The translations under genes were made by a program, and so were the position numbers. Positions 31,941-40,717 of a stretch of DNA of 64,000 nt are shown here, piece by piece. The notes below the pieces were generated by a model. It was given only the letters and a program-made list of their open reading frames with translations, made no database searches and was not told the origin of the DNA. This stretch comes from a virus (lineage: Duplodnaviria; Caudoviricetes). Location: IMG/VR virus record IMGVR_UViG_3300031998_000027, positions 52,287 to 116,286 of that record. One strand, given 5' to 3'. Numbering within the stretch: the first letter of the stretch is position 1; each line of letters begins with the position of its first letter.

Positions 31941-31983
31941 CCTTATATAATAATTATACCACAATTTTACTAAAAAATCAAAC
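31941..31983 (-). promoter_or_regulatory. sigmaA-like promoter for dnaE operon
   Basis: TTGATT-17-(TGG)TATAAT on minus strand. Confidence 0.65.
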
Positions 31984-32700
31984 TTCTATACCGTGTGGCT
32001 GGCAAACAATTTTTTGTTTCTCTTCGGATGATACAAAATGTCCCCATTGTTCTGCCATAGCTTCCGCAAATCCAGGGAAAGTCTGACTTCTAACTCTAGT
32101 TCTTTCCGCGGCCGGCAGGCTAAAAGATTCTGCATACCAAGCAGGCATTGACTTGCCGCTCTTAAATTCTTTTCTTTTTTCTGGGGTAACCTCGTCTGTT
32201 TTCTTAAGGGGAGGAAGTCCCTTAAGCCAAAGACAGGTTCTTTTTTCAAATGGGTCTCCAAACCAATAGGGTTGAATTATTTGGTCTGGCTTTCTATATT
32301 GCGTAGACATAATTCCTACGGGGTTCTCAATCATTATGTGGTCGCAATCGGCTTCTACAAAAGCCATAAAAAACTTAATAGCTTCTTCTCTCAACTTATA
32401 TCTTTCTCTAGCCTTATCTCCATATTTCTCAATATTAAACCATCTATTACCAGTTGTAGTTAAGTAAGTACAAGGAGGGTGTGCAATTATTAAATCCCAT
32501 CTATCAATATGATAAGAATCACCACTAAGGGTTTCAAAATCACAATTTCCATTCAAAAGCGGCAATACATCTTGCTGTATATGCCACTCAGGGTGGCCGC
32601 CAGATGGTTTAATAATATCGCATGAGAAAGCTAGATGACCGCGCGCCCTAAAGGCACTGCAAACGCGTTGGGACTCTTCACAAGCAACTAAAACTTTCAT
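31978..32700 (-). CDS. Orphan DNA (cytosine-5) methyltransferase, short phage type
   Basis: VLVACEES, WDLIIAHPPC, IENPVG, KRTCLW motifs. Confidence 0.8.
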   Translation of the reverse strand: MKVLVACEESQRVCSAFRARGHLAFSCDIIKPSGGHPEWHIQQDVLPLLNGNCDFETLSGDSYHIDRWDLIIAHPPCTYLTTTGNRWFNIEKYGDKARERYKLREEAIKFFMAFVEADCDHIMIENPVGIMSTQYRKPDQIIQPYWFGDPFEKRTCLWLKGLPPLKKTDEVTPEKRKEFKSGKSMPAWYAESFSLPAAERTRVRSQTFPGFAEAMAEQWGHFVSSEEKQKIVCQPHGIEV

Positions 32701-32710
32701 TTATGCCTCC

Positions 32711-34435
32711 TTAAAAACCAAGGGTATCATCTTGAACTTCATAGGCTTCAATAAAGATTTGAGGAGTATATCTACCTGCCCATTCATTCAAATTCGGCTT
32801 ACCAATCAAATTAATTTTAATTTTACCCATTGTTTCTAATTGATGGATTAAATCTTTTGCAAAAAACTTCATATAGGCGACACCGAACTTTGTAATTTTC
32901 AAAGTATCCTTATTCTTGCCCATAATCTGATAGTCATCTTTTGTAACATTTAAGTCATGAACATAGATAAAAGGTTGGTCATTGCCATGGCCCCAAACAT
33001 CTTCATAATTAGCTAAATCAAAGACTATATCAGCTATATCTTTATCCGCAGCCGCGCGCACAAGATTCACGTCAAATACGTCTTCACCAAAATCAAGGTC
33101 AGCTAGCTTTTCATTGGCATATGCATGAAAGTCTCTAAGGTTTTTGTCTGCGATACTACAGCCGGCCGCATTAGCATGGCCTTGGACATATTCAAAATAG
33201 CCACTATTAGTTAAGAAGGCTTTAAGGTCGCTCAGTGCGCAGTTATCAACGTTTCTAATTGAGCCTCTATCAAAACCTTCAGGGTTAAGTCTTGCAACAA
33301 TTGTGGGTCTCTTATACTTCGCGGCTAGCTTCATCGCAAGCAATCCATTAAGTTCAGAAGGAAGTTTGTCTTCATCTTCAAGTCTTACAAACAGAACTTT
33401 ATTATCTAAAAGTCCATATTTATAAATTCTATCTTCAAATTTATCAACATTACTATCTAGAATTTTATTTTGACGGTTGCGCGCATTAGCACATTCTCTA
33501 ACACTCTCAACTGCGCGAGCCTCAAGAGTACCTTTCGCGCCCTTTTTGCCGCTAGGAATTAACTCATCTCCATGAATAAAGGCTTCAAAAAGACGAATTT
33601 TCTCTTCCATTGTACCAGTTCTAATCATTGCATTTATCATTGGTACAACATAAAAAGCAACAGTAATGGGATTCACCTTTCCACCCATTGAGTAAGATTG
33701 TTTTTCTACTATAGTTTGGAAGAAAAGATTTTTTATATTTCTAAATCCCATATAACAAATAAGACGATTTTCAAGAGTTGTCACGGACCCCATATCGGCG
33801 CAGACACCAAGTGCTGCGAGGTCTAAATAATTATCAGCGCCTTTTTCATATTCAACAGAACATAATTCATCTACTGCACGGCAGAACTGATAAGTTACAC
33901 CTGCGCCGGTTAGTTCCTTATTTGGATAATATTTAGATGTTTGATTATTAATTATAATAGCGTTTGGGCTAACTTCGCAATCAAGTTCATGATGGTCAAG
34001 TATTAGAACTGGGCAATTTAATCTTTCGTGATACTCCTTATCGTTTGAGCTTGAATCTGGGCAGATTATTAAACCCCAATCTTCATCAGCAACATCATCA
34101 ATATGGTCTTCAAGTCCATGCTGTTTCCCGGAGTGAAGACGATAGTGTAGATTAGCATCTGGGTCTAAATACTTAATATATAGATAGATGATTGCCGCGG
34201 AAGTATAACCATCAACATCGCTATCAACAATTATTAAAATTGGCTTATCTTCGTCCAAAGCTTTTGCAAGTGCATCTACACCAGCTTCAATATTATCAAG
34301 AAGCTTATAATCACATAAACAAGTTTTAGAATCTGGATGCAAGAAACTATTTATATCTGTGATACCTCTTGCGCGAAGTAAATTCTTTCCATAATCATTT
34401 TTAAAGTTCTCATTCACTAAACGGTACTTCATCAC
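32711..34435 (-). CDS. recJ: RecJ-like ssDNA exonuclease (DHH)
   Basis: DSDVDG, LDHH, GAGV, GSIR, GHANAAG. Confidence 0.9.
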   Translation of the reverse strand: MMKYRLVNENFKNDYGKNLLRARGITDINSFLHPDSKTCLCDYKLLDNIEAGVDALAKALDEDKPILIIVDSDVDGYTSAAIIYLYIKYLDPDANLHYRLHSGKQHGLEDHIDDVADEDWGLIICPDSSSNDKEYHERLNCPVLILDHHELDCEVSPNAIIINNQTSKYYPNKELTGAGVTYQFCRAVDELCSVEYEKGADNYLDLAALGVCADMGSVTTLENRLICYMGFRNIKNLFFQTIVEKQSYSMGGKVNPITVAFYVVPMINAMIRTGTMEEKIRLFEAFIHGDELIPSGKKGAKGTLEARAVESVRECANARNRQNKILDSNVDKFEDRIYKYGLLDNKVLFVRLEDEDKLPSELNGLLAMKLAAKYKRPTIVARLNPEGFDRGSIRNVDNCALSDLKAFLTNSGYFEYVQGHANAAGCSIADKNLRDFHAYANEKLADLDFGEDVFDVNLVRAAADKDIADIVFDLANYEDVWGHGNDQPFIYVHDLNVTKDDYQIMGKNKDTLKITKFGVAYMKFFAKDLIHQLETMGKIKINLIGKPNLNEWAGRYTPQIFIEAYEVQDDTLGF

Positions 34436-35111
34436 TACCTCCTATTAATTCTATATTATTATATAAACATTGAAATTTTTGAATACAAAAGTCCATGTGG
34501 TAATGACCAAAGTACCACTTTTTAAAACTAGTCTGCGCCGCAACCTGCTCCAAGAAAAGTGTTAATACATCAACCTCATAATATTGGCTAATTGCTTTTT
34601 GAATTGAAGCAGGCGCGCAGTGTGTCAGTATATAATCAACTTTCCACTTATTTTGCTCAAGATTATAAAGAGCTTCTTCATATTCTGCATAATTCGGCAT
34701 TTCTTGCGGCCACCAGGTGACGTAATCGCGTCGGATTTCTCTATCGTGCGATGTAGCGCCGCCCATTGTAAAGATTTTAAGCCCATCAATTGTAAAGACT
34801 TGTCCTCTTGTTAAATGAAAAATAGAGTCACTAACTTGACGCACAACTCCTCCAAACTTATTTTGAGAAGGAAATTGATAGAGAAGTTCAAAATTCTCAT
34901 GGTTTCCATCTACAAACAATGTAGTCCAAGGCTTTTCATCAAGCCAATGGCGCCACCAATAATCTTCTCCATTATTATTCCAAACAAGTCCAAAGTCGCC
35001 GCAAATTATTACATAATCATCTTTTGTAAGCTCTTTTCCTTGTGGGAAGTTATCTGAACTCAATTTATTCATTGTCAGGGAACCATGAGTATCCCCTGTA
35101 ACATATATCAC
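34410..35111 (-). CDS. Calcineurin-like metallophosphoesterase
   Basis: GDTHG, GDFG, DGNHE, THCAP, FGHYH. Confidence 0.9.
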   Translation of the reverse strand: MIYVTGDTHGSLTMNKLSSDNFPQGKELTKDDYVIICGDFGLVWNNNGEDYWWRHWLDEKPWTTLFVDGNHENFELLYQFPSQNKFGGVVRQVSDSIFHLTRGQVFTIDGLKIFTMGGATSHDREIRRDYVTWWPQEMPNYAEYEEALYNLEQNKWKVDYILTHCAPASIQKAISQYYEVDVLTLFLEQVAAQTSFKKWYFGHYHMDFCIQKFQCLYNNIELIGGSDEVPFSE

Positions 35112-36151
35112 TTAATTTTCACCCTTTCCCTAAGTAATTGATTAAAGACTTCTTCTCCTTTATCCACTGGAGAATCTTTCATTTCTAATCTATTATGAAA
35201 ATCATAGATAAAAGAAAAATTCCCATAATTAGAATATTTTTCTCCTAATTTCTTTAGCTTATTAAAATATTTATCATCTAATCCTTCTTCTTCTTTATCA
35301 AAACAAATTATAAACTCTTTCGGTGCGCAAGACTTCATTAAAATATCAATTTGAAACTTATTAATTGAGCTGCCGCAAACTGCGACTCCACAATTGGGTC
35401 GCGCGAATCCATCGGCAATCAAAACACTCTTTTCACCTTCAAACAAACATACATATCCATTCTTTTGAATATTATCTTTTGTTTTATCTAATCCATAGAG
35501 ATTTAGACTTAATGGATGCTTATACCATTTCTGTTCAATTTGAACCGGCATATATTTACCTATATTTTCAACTTCCCACGCATTCAGCGCCCGCCCTCTA
35601 ATTCCAACTAATTCACCATTCTCATTATAGTGCGGAATTATAATTTTATTCTGAGAAATTGAAAATCTAATATTAAACTTATCCATAGTTTCCTTAGAAA
35701 TTCCTTCTTTTATCCATTGAGATGGATAAATTTTTTCAAAAACATCTAATACACCATCTGGATAAACTTCTAACTGCCTTTCGCGCGCCTTGCGCTTGTA
35801 CTTATCTCCAAGAAATTCTCTTTTTTCGACTTCAAGACCTTCTTTTCTTTTTCTTTTTGTTACCAAAAGATAAACATCATTATACCAATCGTAATCAATG
35901 CCGCGCGTCTTATAAACTTGTTCAATAAACTTAAAAACGCTCATGCCGCCGTCTTCAGTATAACAATAGAAGAAATGATTATCACGATAATAATAAAGTT
36001 TCATTGAGGCATTATCAACTTCTATATTATGACAAATTGTTGGAAATATAATTGCTTCTGGAGTCATTTTATAATCATTAACTCCAAAATATTTCATTAA
36101 ATCAATTATATCTTGTTCAGTTAAATCTTCAATTACTTTATTCCAGTCCAT
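35108..36151 (-). CDS. DNA primase (DnaG-like)
   Basis: IIIPH..GIRGR, KY, LYG, FEGEKS Toprim, FDKE, KD. Confidence 0.85.
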   Translation of the reverse strand: MDWNKVIEDLTEQDIIDLMKYFGVNDYKMTPEAIIFPTICHNIEVDNASMKLYYYRDNHFFYCYTEDGGMSVFKFIEQVYKTRGIDYDWYNDVYLLVTKRKRKEGLEVEKREFLGDKYKRKARERQLEVYPDGVLDVFEKIYPSQWIKEGISKETMDKFNIRFSISQNKIIIPHYNENGELVGIRGRALNAWEVENIGKYMPVQIEQKWYKHPLSLNLYGLDKTKDNIQKNGYVCLFEGEKSVLIADGFARPNCGVAVCGSSINKFQIDILMKSCAPKEFIICFDKEEEGLDDKYFNKLKKLGEKYSNYGNFSFIYDFHNRLEMKDSPVDKGEEVFNQLLRERVKIK

Positions 36152-37718
36152 TATTCTTCAATTCCTTATTTAACTTATCCATTAATTCGCCAATTTCTTT
36201 TTTATTTTCTTCAACTTCCCAAGATATAACATTAACCTCATCTTCATTAAAGAAGTCTTGAACTGGTTCAAGCCGACTATCAGTTATAAACAAATCTCTT
36301 TTTTTCATTGTGCCGCCGTCAAAATAAGACCAAATCCTAACTTGAGTCCACGCGCCACTTCTAACCTTAAATATATCAGTTACAAGGTTCGGCTTCTGAA
36401 TTGAAAGCTTATCTAATACTTCTAATTCTTCATTTGTCGGTCTAGTACAAACACAAGCATTATCAGCTTTATTAATAATACTGCGGCTGCCCGCGATAAC
36501 GCCTTCATTTTTTATATCTCTATTATCTTCAATTTTTGCATTAACCTGAGTTGATGTAAACACTGCCACATTTAATTCAATTGCGAGGTCTTTTAATGCA
36601 GTTGAAAACATTAACAATGCTTCATCATTTCTAATATTAAATCCTCTAAATTCAGCCAATAACATCGGATTAATAAAGATATAATCAAAGAATACATATC
36701 CAATATCATGCGTAAGACAATTCTCTCTAATCATTGTCTTCGCGAGTTCAATTGTCGGGTTCGGCATTCTTACAATCTGGAAGTTCTCACTATAAGTCTT
36801 TATAATCTCTTTCGCTTGATAAATTCTCATAGTTTCTTCTTTTGTGAAATTTCCATATTTGAATTTACTTTCATTTACATCACTTAAATAAGCAATAATC
36901 ATTTTCAGTAATTGTGAAAGCTTCTGCTCGGTTATTATAAATAAAACTCTCTCACAATTTCCTTCCATAATCCAAGAAGCTGTAGAACTATCATATCTAA
37001 TTGGGTATGCCAAAACACAGGCATCAGCAACAGCTTGCCTGGTCTTAAATGTACCACTCGGCGCGCTCCTAATCGTGAGGGCTCCGCGCTCTGCACCATT
37101 TATTATTTTGTTGAAGATTGCACCCTGAACTGGGAGTCCTATTTCATCAGGACTACCAAATCCTTCTACTATTTCGTCAATTTCATCTGCGGCAGTCCAA
37201 CTTTCAACTTCTTCAGACTTAGAATATTCATTCTCAAGCTTTAGAATTTTCTTTTTTATTATTGCAATAATATCTTGAATTGAAAGGTCTTCAAATGCTT
37301 GATTGACTTCAATCGCGCGGACATCAGTTAAATCTTCAATATAAATATCACTTATATCAATTCCTTGCTTCTGAAAATCACTTAATAGATTTAACTTTTT
37401 TAGCTTATTGTAATAATAAGGAAAATTCTCCTCATTTGAATATTCTTCTATATCTTGAAGATATTCTATTCCGTTGTTGTTGGAAAAAGTTTTTGCCGCA
37501 CTTTCATTTGTACTTAAGTAGTTTTCAACATCAAAAGCAGAAATTTTCTTCGCGCCATTATAATATAATCCTTGAATTGCGCCAAAGATATATCGTTCAA
37601 AACGTGTTGGAAAATCTGCCGTTGTAAGTCTATACTTATCAACTTCACTTAAATACTGTGGACTTTTTAGAAGGCATCCAAGGACTTGCTGAATACATTT
37701 CTTGTCAACAAATGCCAT
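36138..37718 (-). CDS. dnaB: Replicative helicase (DnaB-like)
   Basis: SAPSGTFKT Walker A, ITEQ, FDYI, STQVN, KAD, KVR.G. Confidence 0.85.
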   Translation of the reverse strand: MAFVDKKCIQQVLGCLLKSPQYLSEVDKYRLTTADFPTRFERYIFGAIQGLYYNGAKKISAFDVENYLSTNESAAKTFSNNNGIEYLQDIEEYSNEENFPYYYNKLKKLNLLSDFQKQGIDISDIYIEDLTDVRAIEVNQAFEDLSIQDIIAIIKKKILKLENEYSKSEEVESWTAADEIDEIVEGFGSPDEIGLPVQGAIFNKIINGAERGALTIRSAPSGTFKTRQAVADACVLAYPIRYDSSTASWIMEGNCERVLFIITEQKLSQLLKMIIAYLSDVNESKFKYGNFTKEETMRIYQAKEIIKTYSENFQIVRMPNPTIELAKTMIRENCLTHDIGYVFFDYIFINPMLLAEFRGFNIRNDEALLMFSTALKDLAIELNVAVFTSTQVNAKIEDNRDIKNEGVIAGSRSIINKADNACVCTRPTNEELEVLDKLSIQKPNLVTDIFKVRSGAWTQVRIWSYFDGGTMKKRDLFITDSRLEPVQDFFNEDEVNVISWEVEENKKEIGELMDKLNKELKNNGLE

Positions 37719-37734
37719 TCCAATACTCCTTTAC

Positions 37735-38265
37735 TTAAATATCTTCAAGAGAAACTGCTTTCTTCTTTCTAATTGTTGCCTTTTTAGTCTGGCCGACTAC
37801 ATTAACTCTTTGCATCATTTGCTCTCGCGCCTGTTGCTCTATTCTTTCAATTATTGTTGAGTCGCGCCTAAAACGTTCTGTCCAATAATTGCAACTATCT
37901 TGATAGACTAATGAAACAATACCAATGCCGCCTTGACTCTTATCCTTATCGCCATGAGTTATATCATAAAAATATCTCATAGCAAAATAAATACCTTTTG
38001 CGGTTTTCTTTTGCTTCAAATAATTAGTCCATTGAGATGTTAGTTTCTTCCAATCAATCGGTGCTTTTACTATGTGATTAAGATAATATTTAAGTGCCTC
38101 AAACCATTCTTCATCACTTAGCTTTGCTTCCAAATCTCCTTGTTTTCTTGCCCACTGGTCATAACAACCTTTATGATAATAATGATTTACCGATGGCATT
38201 ATCCACGGCTCTTTCTCAGTGTCGAAGACTTCGCCACACGCTCTGCACTTAACACGATGTGCCAT
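37735..38265 (-). CDS. Zn-finger protein upstream of helicase (possible loader/initiator)
   Basis: CRAC..YYHKGC; position. Confidence 0.5.
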   Translation of the reverse strand: MAHRVKCRACGEVFDTEKEPWIMPSVNHYYHKGCYDQWARKQGDLEAKLSDEEWFEALKYYLNHIVKAPIDWKKLTSQWTNYLKQKKTAKGIYFAMRYFYDITHGDKDKSQGGIGIVSLVYQDSCNYWTERFRRDSTIIERIEQQAREQMMQRVNVVGQTKKATIRKKKAVSLEDI

Positions 38266-38280
38266 TTAATCACCTCATTT

Positions 38281-38325
38281 CTTTCTAATTTAATTATACC
38301 ATAAATTTGAAAAAAATGCAAATTT
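38281..38325 (-). promoter_or_regulatory. sigmaA-like promoter
   Basis: TTGCAT-17-(TGG)TATAAT..TAGAAAG. Confidence 0.65.
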
Positions 38326-38327
38326 AA

Positions 38328-38351
38328 AGGAGTAGGTATACACCTACTCCT
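38328..38351 (-). terminator. Terminator hairpin
   Basis: AGGAGTAGGT/ACCTACTCCT followed by TT on minus strand. Confidence 0.6.
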
Positions 38352-38373
38352 CTAAACCTTCGGTAATATTGAA

Positions 38374-39333
38374 TTAAAGGGACTTCATTTCCGCGATTGC
38401 AAGTTCAAATAAATCTTGCTGGTCTTCGGTAATTTCAGAAAGTCTTATAGGATGCCCAAAAATCTCAGTAACATACTTCATAATTTTTTCTGCATTCTTT
38501 TCATCTTTCTTTACAAGAGTTTCCCAAAGAGCACGACCTTCAGCAACAGTTTCTTCAAAAGGACGCCCTTCTTCTTTCTTAGGAGCTTCTGTCGTAACAG
38601 AAGCACCGGCGCTAACTTCGGCATCTATCGCGCGAACAATTGCGTCCTCAAGGAACTTATATCCAAATGGAATCCGCGCGTCAAGATGCGCCCAACGAGA
38701 GCCAGCTGTTATGGTAGGGGTGGCTTTTGTGAGAAGCCAACGCTGACTCTGTCCATTTTCATCCCAGGTTTGCTGAATTACACCAATAACATCAACAAGA
38801 CTATTAACAATCGGTAAACAACGCTTATCCAGGTCAGGCTTCATGGCAATTATATCAACATCGTCTTTAGTGCCGACAGTTGTTTCTTTGACATGGCAAG
38901 TAAGAATAAGACCATAGTCTAACATAATAAATGCACGAAGTGTATTAGCGAATTCATCGTCACGGGCTTTATAGCCAGCTCCATAAGGAATTTCGCCAAT
39001 CTTGCTAACGCCATTCTGCGCGCAAATGAACTGTGTGCAGAGGTCCCAAGCGACACTTATTGTATCAAAAGCTACATTATCATACTTTGCCTTAAGTTCC
39101 TCTTTCTTTAACTGTTGGAGATACATCTTAATGTCGCTCCATTTAGTAATAGGAACCTTATAAACACCTGGATGAGCATTGTAACCATTTTCTAGGTCGA
39201 AGATGAGGGTACGCGGACTAGTCGCGCACCACTCACTCTTACCTATTTTCGGCTGGCCGGCAAGAAGAATAGTCTTGCCAGACAGACTTTTATTTATCAC
39301 GGAAGGTTCAAGGTCAAGTAAGTTTACTGCCAT
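38374..39333 (-). CDS. AAA_24/Sak4-like ATPase recombinase
   Basis: GQPKIGKS, DLENG, VAFDT, GAGY, TCH; adjacent to SSB. Confidence 0.8.
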   Translation of the reverse strand: MAVNLLDLEPSVINKSLSGKTILLAGQPKIGKSEWCATSPRTLIFDLENGYNAHPGVYKVPITKWSDIKMYLQQLKKEELKAKYDNVAFDTISVAWDLCTQFICAQNGVSKIGEIPYGAGYKARDDEFANTLRAFIMLDYGLILTCHVKETTVGTKDDVDIIAMKPDLDKRCLPIVNSLVDVIGVIQQTWDENGQSQRWLLTKATPTITAGSRWAHLDARIPFGYKFLEDAIVRAIDAEVSAGASVTTEAPKKEEGRPFEETVAEGRALWETLVKKDEKNAEKIMKYVTEIFGHPIRLSEITEDQQDLFELAIAEMKSL

Positions 39334-39344
39334 TTAAACCCTCC

Positions 39345-40265
39345 TTAGAAGCCCAGGTCTATCCTACCTTTCGAGTCTGCGGCGGGCGCATTTCTCGTCT
39401 TGCTAGTAGAATTAGCGGCATCTTCCTTCATCTTATCCAGACGAGCCTTTCTATCAGCAAGGGCTTCCTTTATATCACTTATATCATAGGCACGCTCACC
39501 ATCAAGCGGAGTGGCAGAACCACCCGTAATGACCAGCTCGCTCACGGAGAAGGTACGAACAGTCTCCTGCGGCTCACCAAAGTCAACCTCCTTAACAACA
39601 GTCTCGGTGCGAGAACTGAAGTTCAGGCGGCCGATGGCGCTAACAGTGTCATTCTCATTCCAATACTGGTCAATTGCCTCAATAACCTTTGGATTGGCAG
39701 TGATGAACTCAACGACATCAACCTTACCACCAAACTGCGGCAGAACGCCAGTAACCTTATAACGACCAGTCTCAACGCCTTCCTTATTAACCTCGGCGCA
39801 CTTCTTACCAACAACGAAAGTTGCAGTAAAAGTAGCCTCAGGCTTCATGTCGGCCTGACTAATCTTCGTAACAAAAGACGCATTAATGCGAGGATAAGAC
39901 GAAATCTCACCCATGCGGTTCGCGAACTCGTTTACAACAATCTTACCATTCGTAATACGAACAGCATCGGCGCCCTGCACACTGCCGGCGGCCGCAATCG
40001 AAGTAAACTCATTCTTAATCTTCTCAATGCTCTGATAAGCGGGATTCTTGCCACCCTTGTTGGTTATCTCGGATGCAAACATATGAACAGGAACCTCAAG
40101 CATAACGGCCTCGCCATTAATAACCTGATTGACCTGAATCTTAATGGTACCACCGATTGAATTAATCATCTCACCAGTGGACTTCTTCTTAAAAGAACCG
40201 TAGTTTAAATCAACTTCAGACAGTATACCCTCAATACGAACATTATTTTCAGCTTCTCTAATCAT
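39345..40265 (-). CDS. Single-stranded DNA-binding protein (tandem OB-like)
   Basis: NNVRIEGIL start, DLGF tail, highly-expressed codon bias, next to Sak4-like gene. Confidence 0.65.
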   Translation of the reverse strand: MIREAENNVRIEGILSEVDLNYGSFKKKSTGEMINSIGGTIKIQVNQVINGEAVMLEVPVHMFASEITNKGGKNPAYQSIEKIKNEFTSIAAAGSVQGADAVRITNGKIVVNEFANRMGEISSYPRINASFVTKISQADMKPEATFTATFVVGKKCAEVNKEGVETGRYKVTGVLPQFGGKVDVVEFITANPKVIEAIDQYWNENDTVSAIGRLNFSSRTETVVKEVDFGEPQETVRTFSVSELVITGGSATPLDGERAYDISDIKEALADRKARLDKMKEDAANSTSKTRNAPAADSKGRIDLGF

Positions 40266-40316
40266 TATTTTCTCCTTTTTTGTTTCAGTTTAGGTTCTTT
40301 TAACTAAGTAAGTAAA

Positions 40317-40336
40317 AGGGGTAGTTGCCTACCCCT
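40317..40336 (-). terminator. Terminator hairpin
   Basis: AGGGGTAG/CTACCCCT plus T-run on minus strand. Confidence 0.55.
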
Positions 40337-40341
40337 ATATA

Positions 40342-40593
40342 TTACTCAGCGACGAAAGCCTCGCCAGCGGGAGTCAGCTTGACATAGGTCACAGGACCAT
40401 CATGACCCTCGACCTCAACCTTCTCACGGATGCAAAGCTCCTTCTTGCAAAGGTCAGTAACGTTAGCATTGATAGAGCGAGCGGTACGACCCGTCGCGTT
40501 GACTATCTCATCAATAGAAACACGGCCACCATTGCCCTTCACATAGTTAAAAACCGCAGCGCTCTTCTCAGTAATCTTAATTCCTTCAGCCAT
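40342..40593 (-). CDS. Small winged-helix DNA-binding protein
   Basis: SIDEIVNATGRTARSINANVTDL..YVKLTPAG; highly-expressed codon style. Confidence 0.7.
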   Translation of the reverse strand: MAEGIKITEKSAAVFNYVKGNGGRVSIDEIVNATGRTARSINANVTDLCKKELCIREKVEVEGHDGPVTYVKLTPAGEAFVAE

Positions 40594-40665
40594 TTTTTTC
40601 AATCTCCTTTTTTAATAATTTTTTGCCATTTGATGGCCTTTTTATTTTTTGAAAGCCTCTTTTGA

Positions 40666-40710
40666 CTTTCTAAATATATTATAAACTAAATTTGGTAAAA
40701 TTTCAAATTT
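40666..40710 (-). promoter_or_regulatory. sigmaA-like promoter
   Basis: TTGAAA-17-TATAAT..TAGAAAG. Confidence 0.6.
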
Positions 40711-40717
40711 TAAGTCC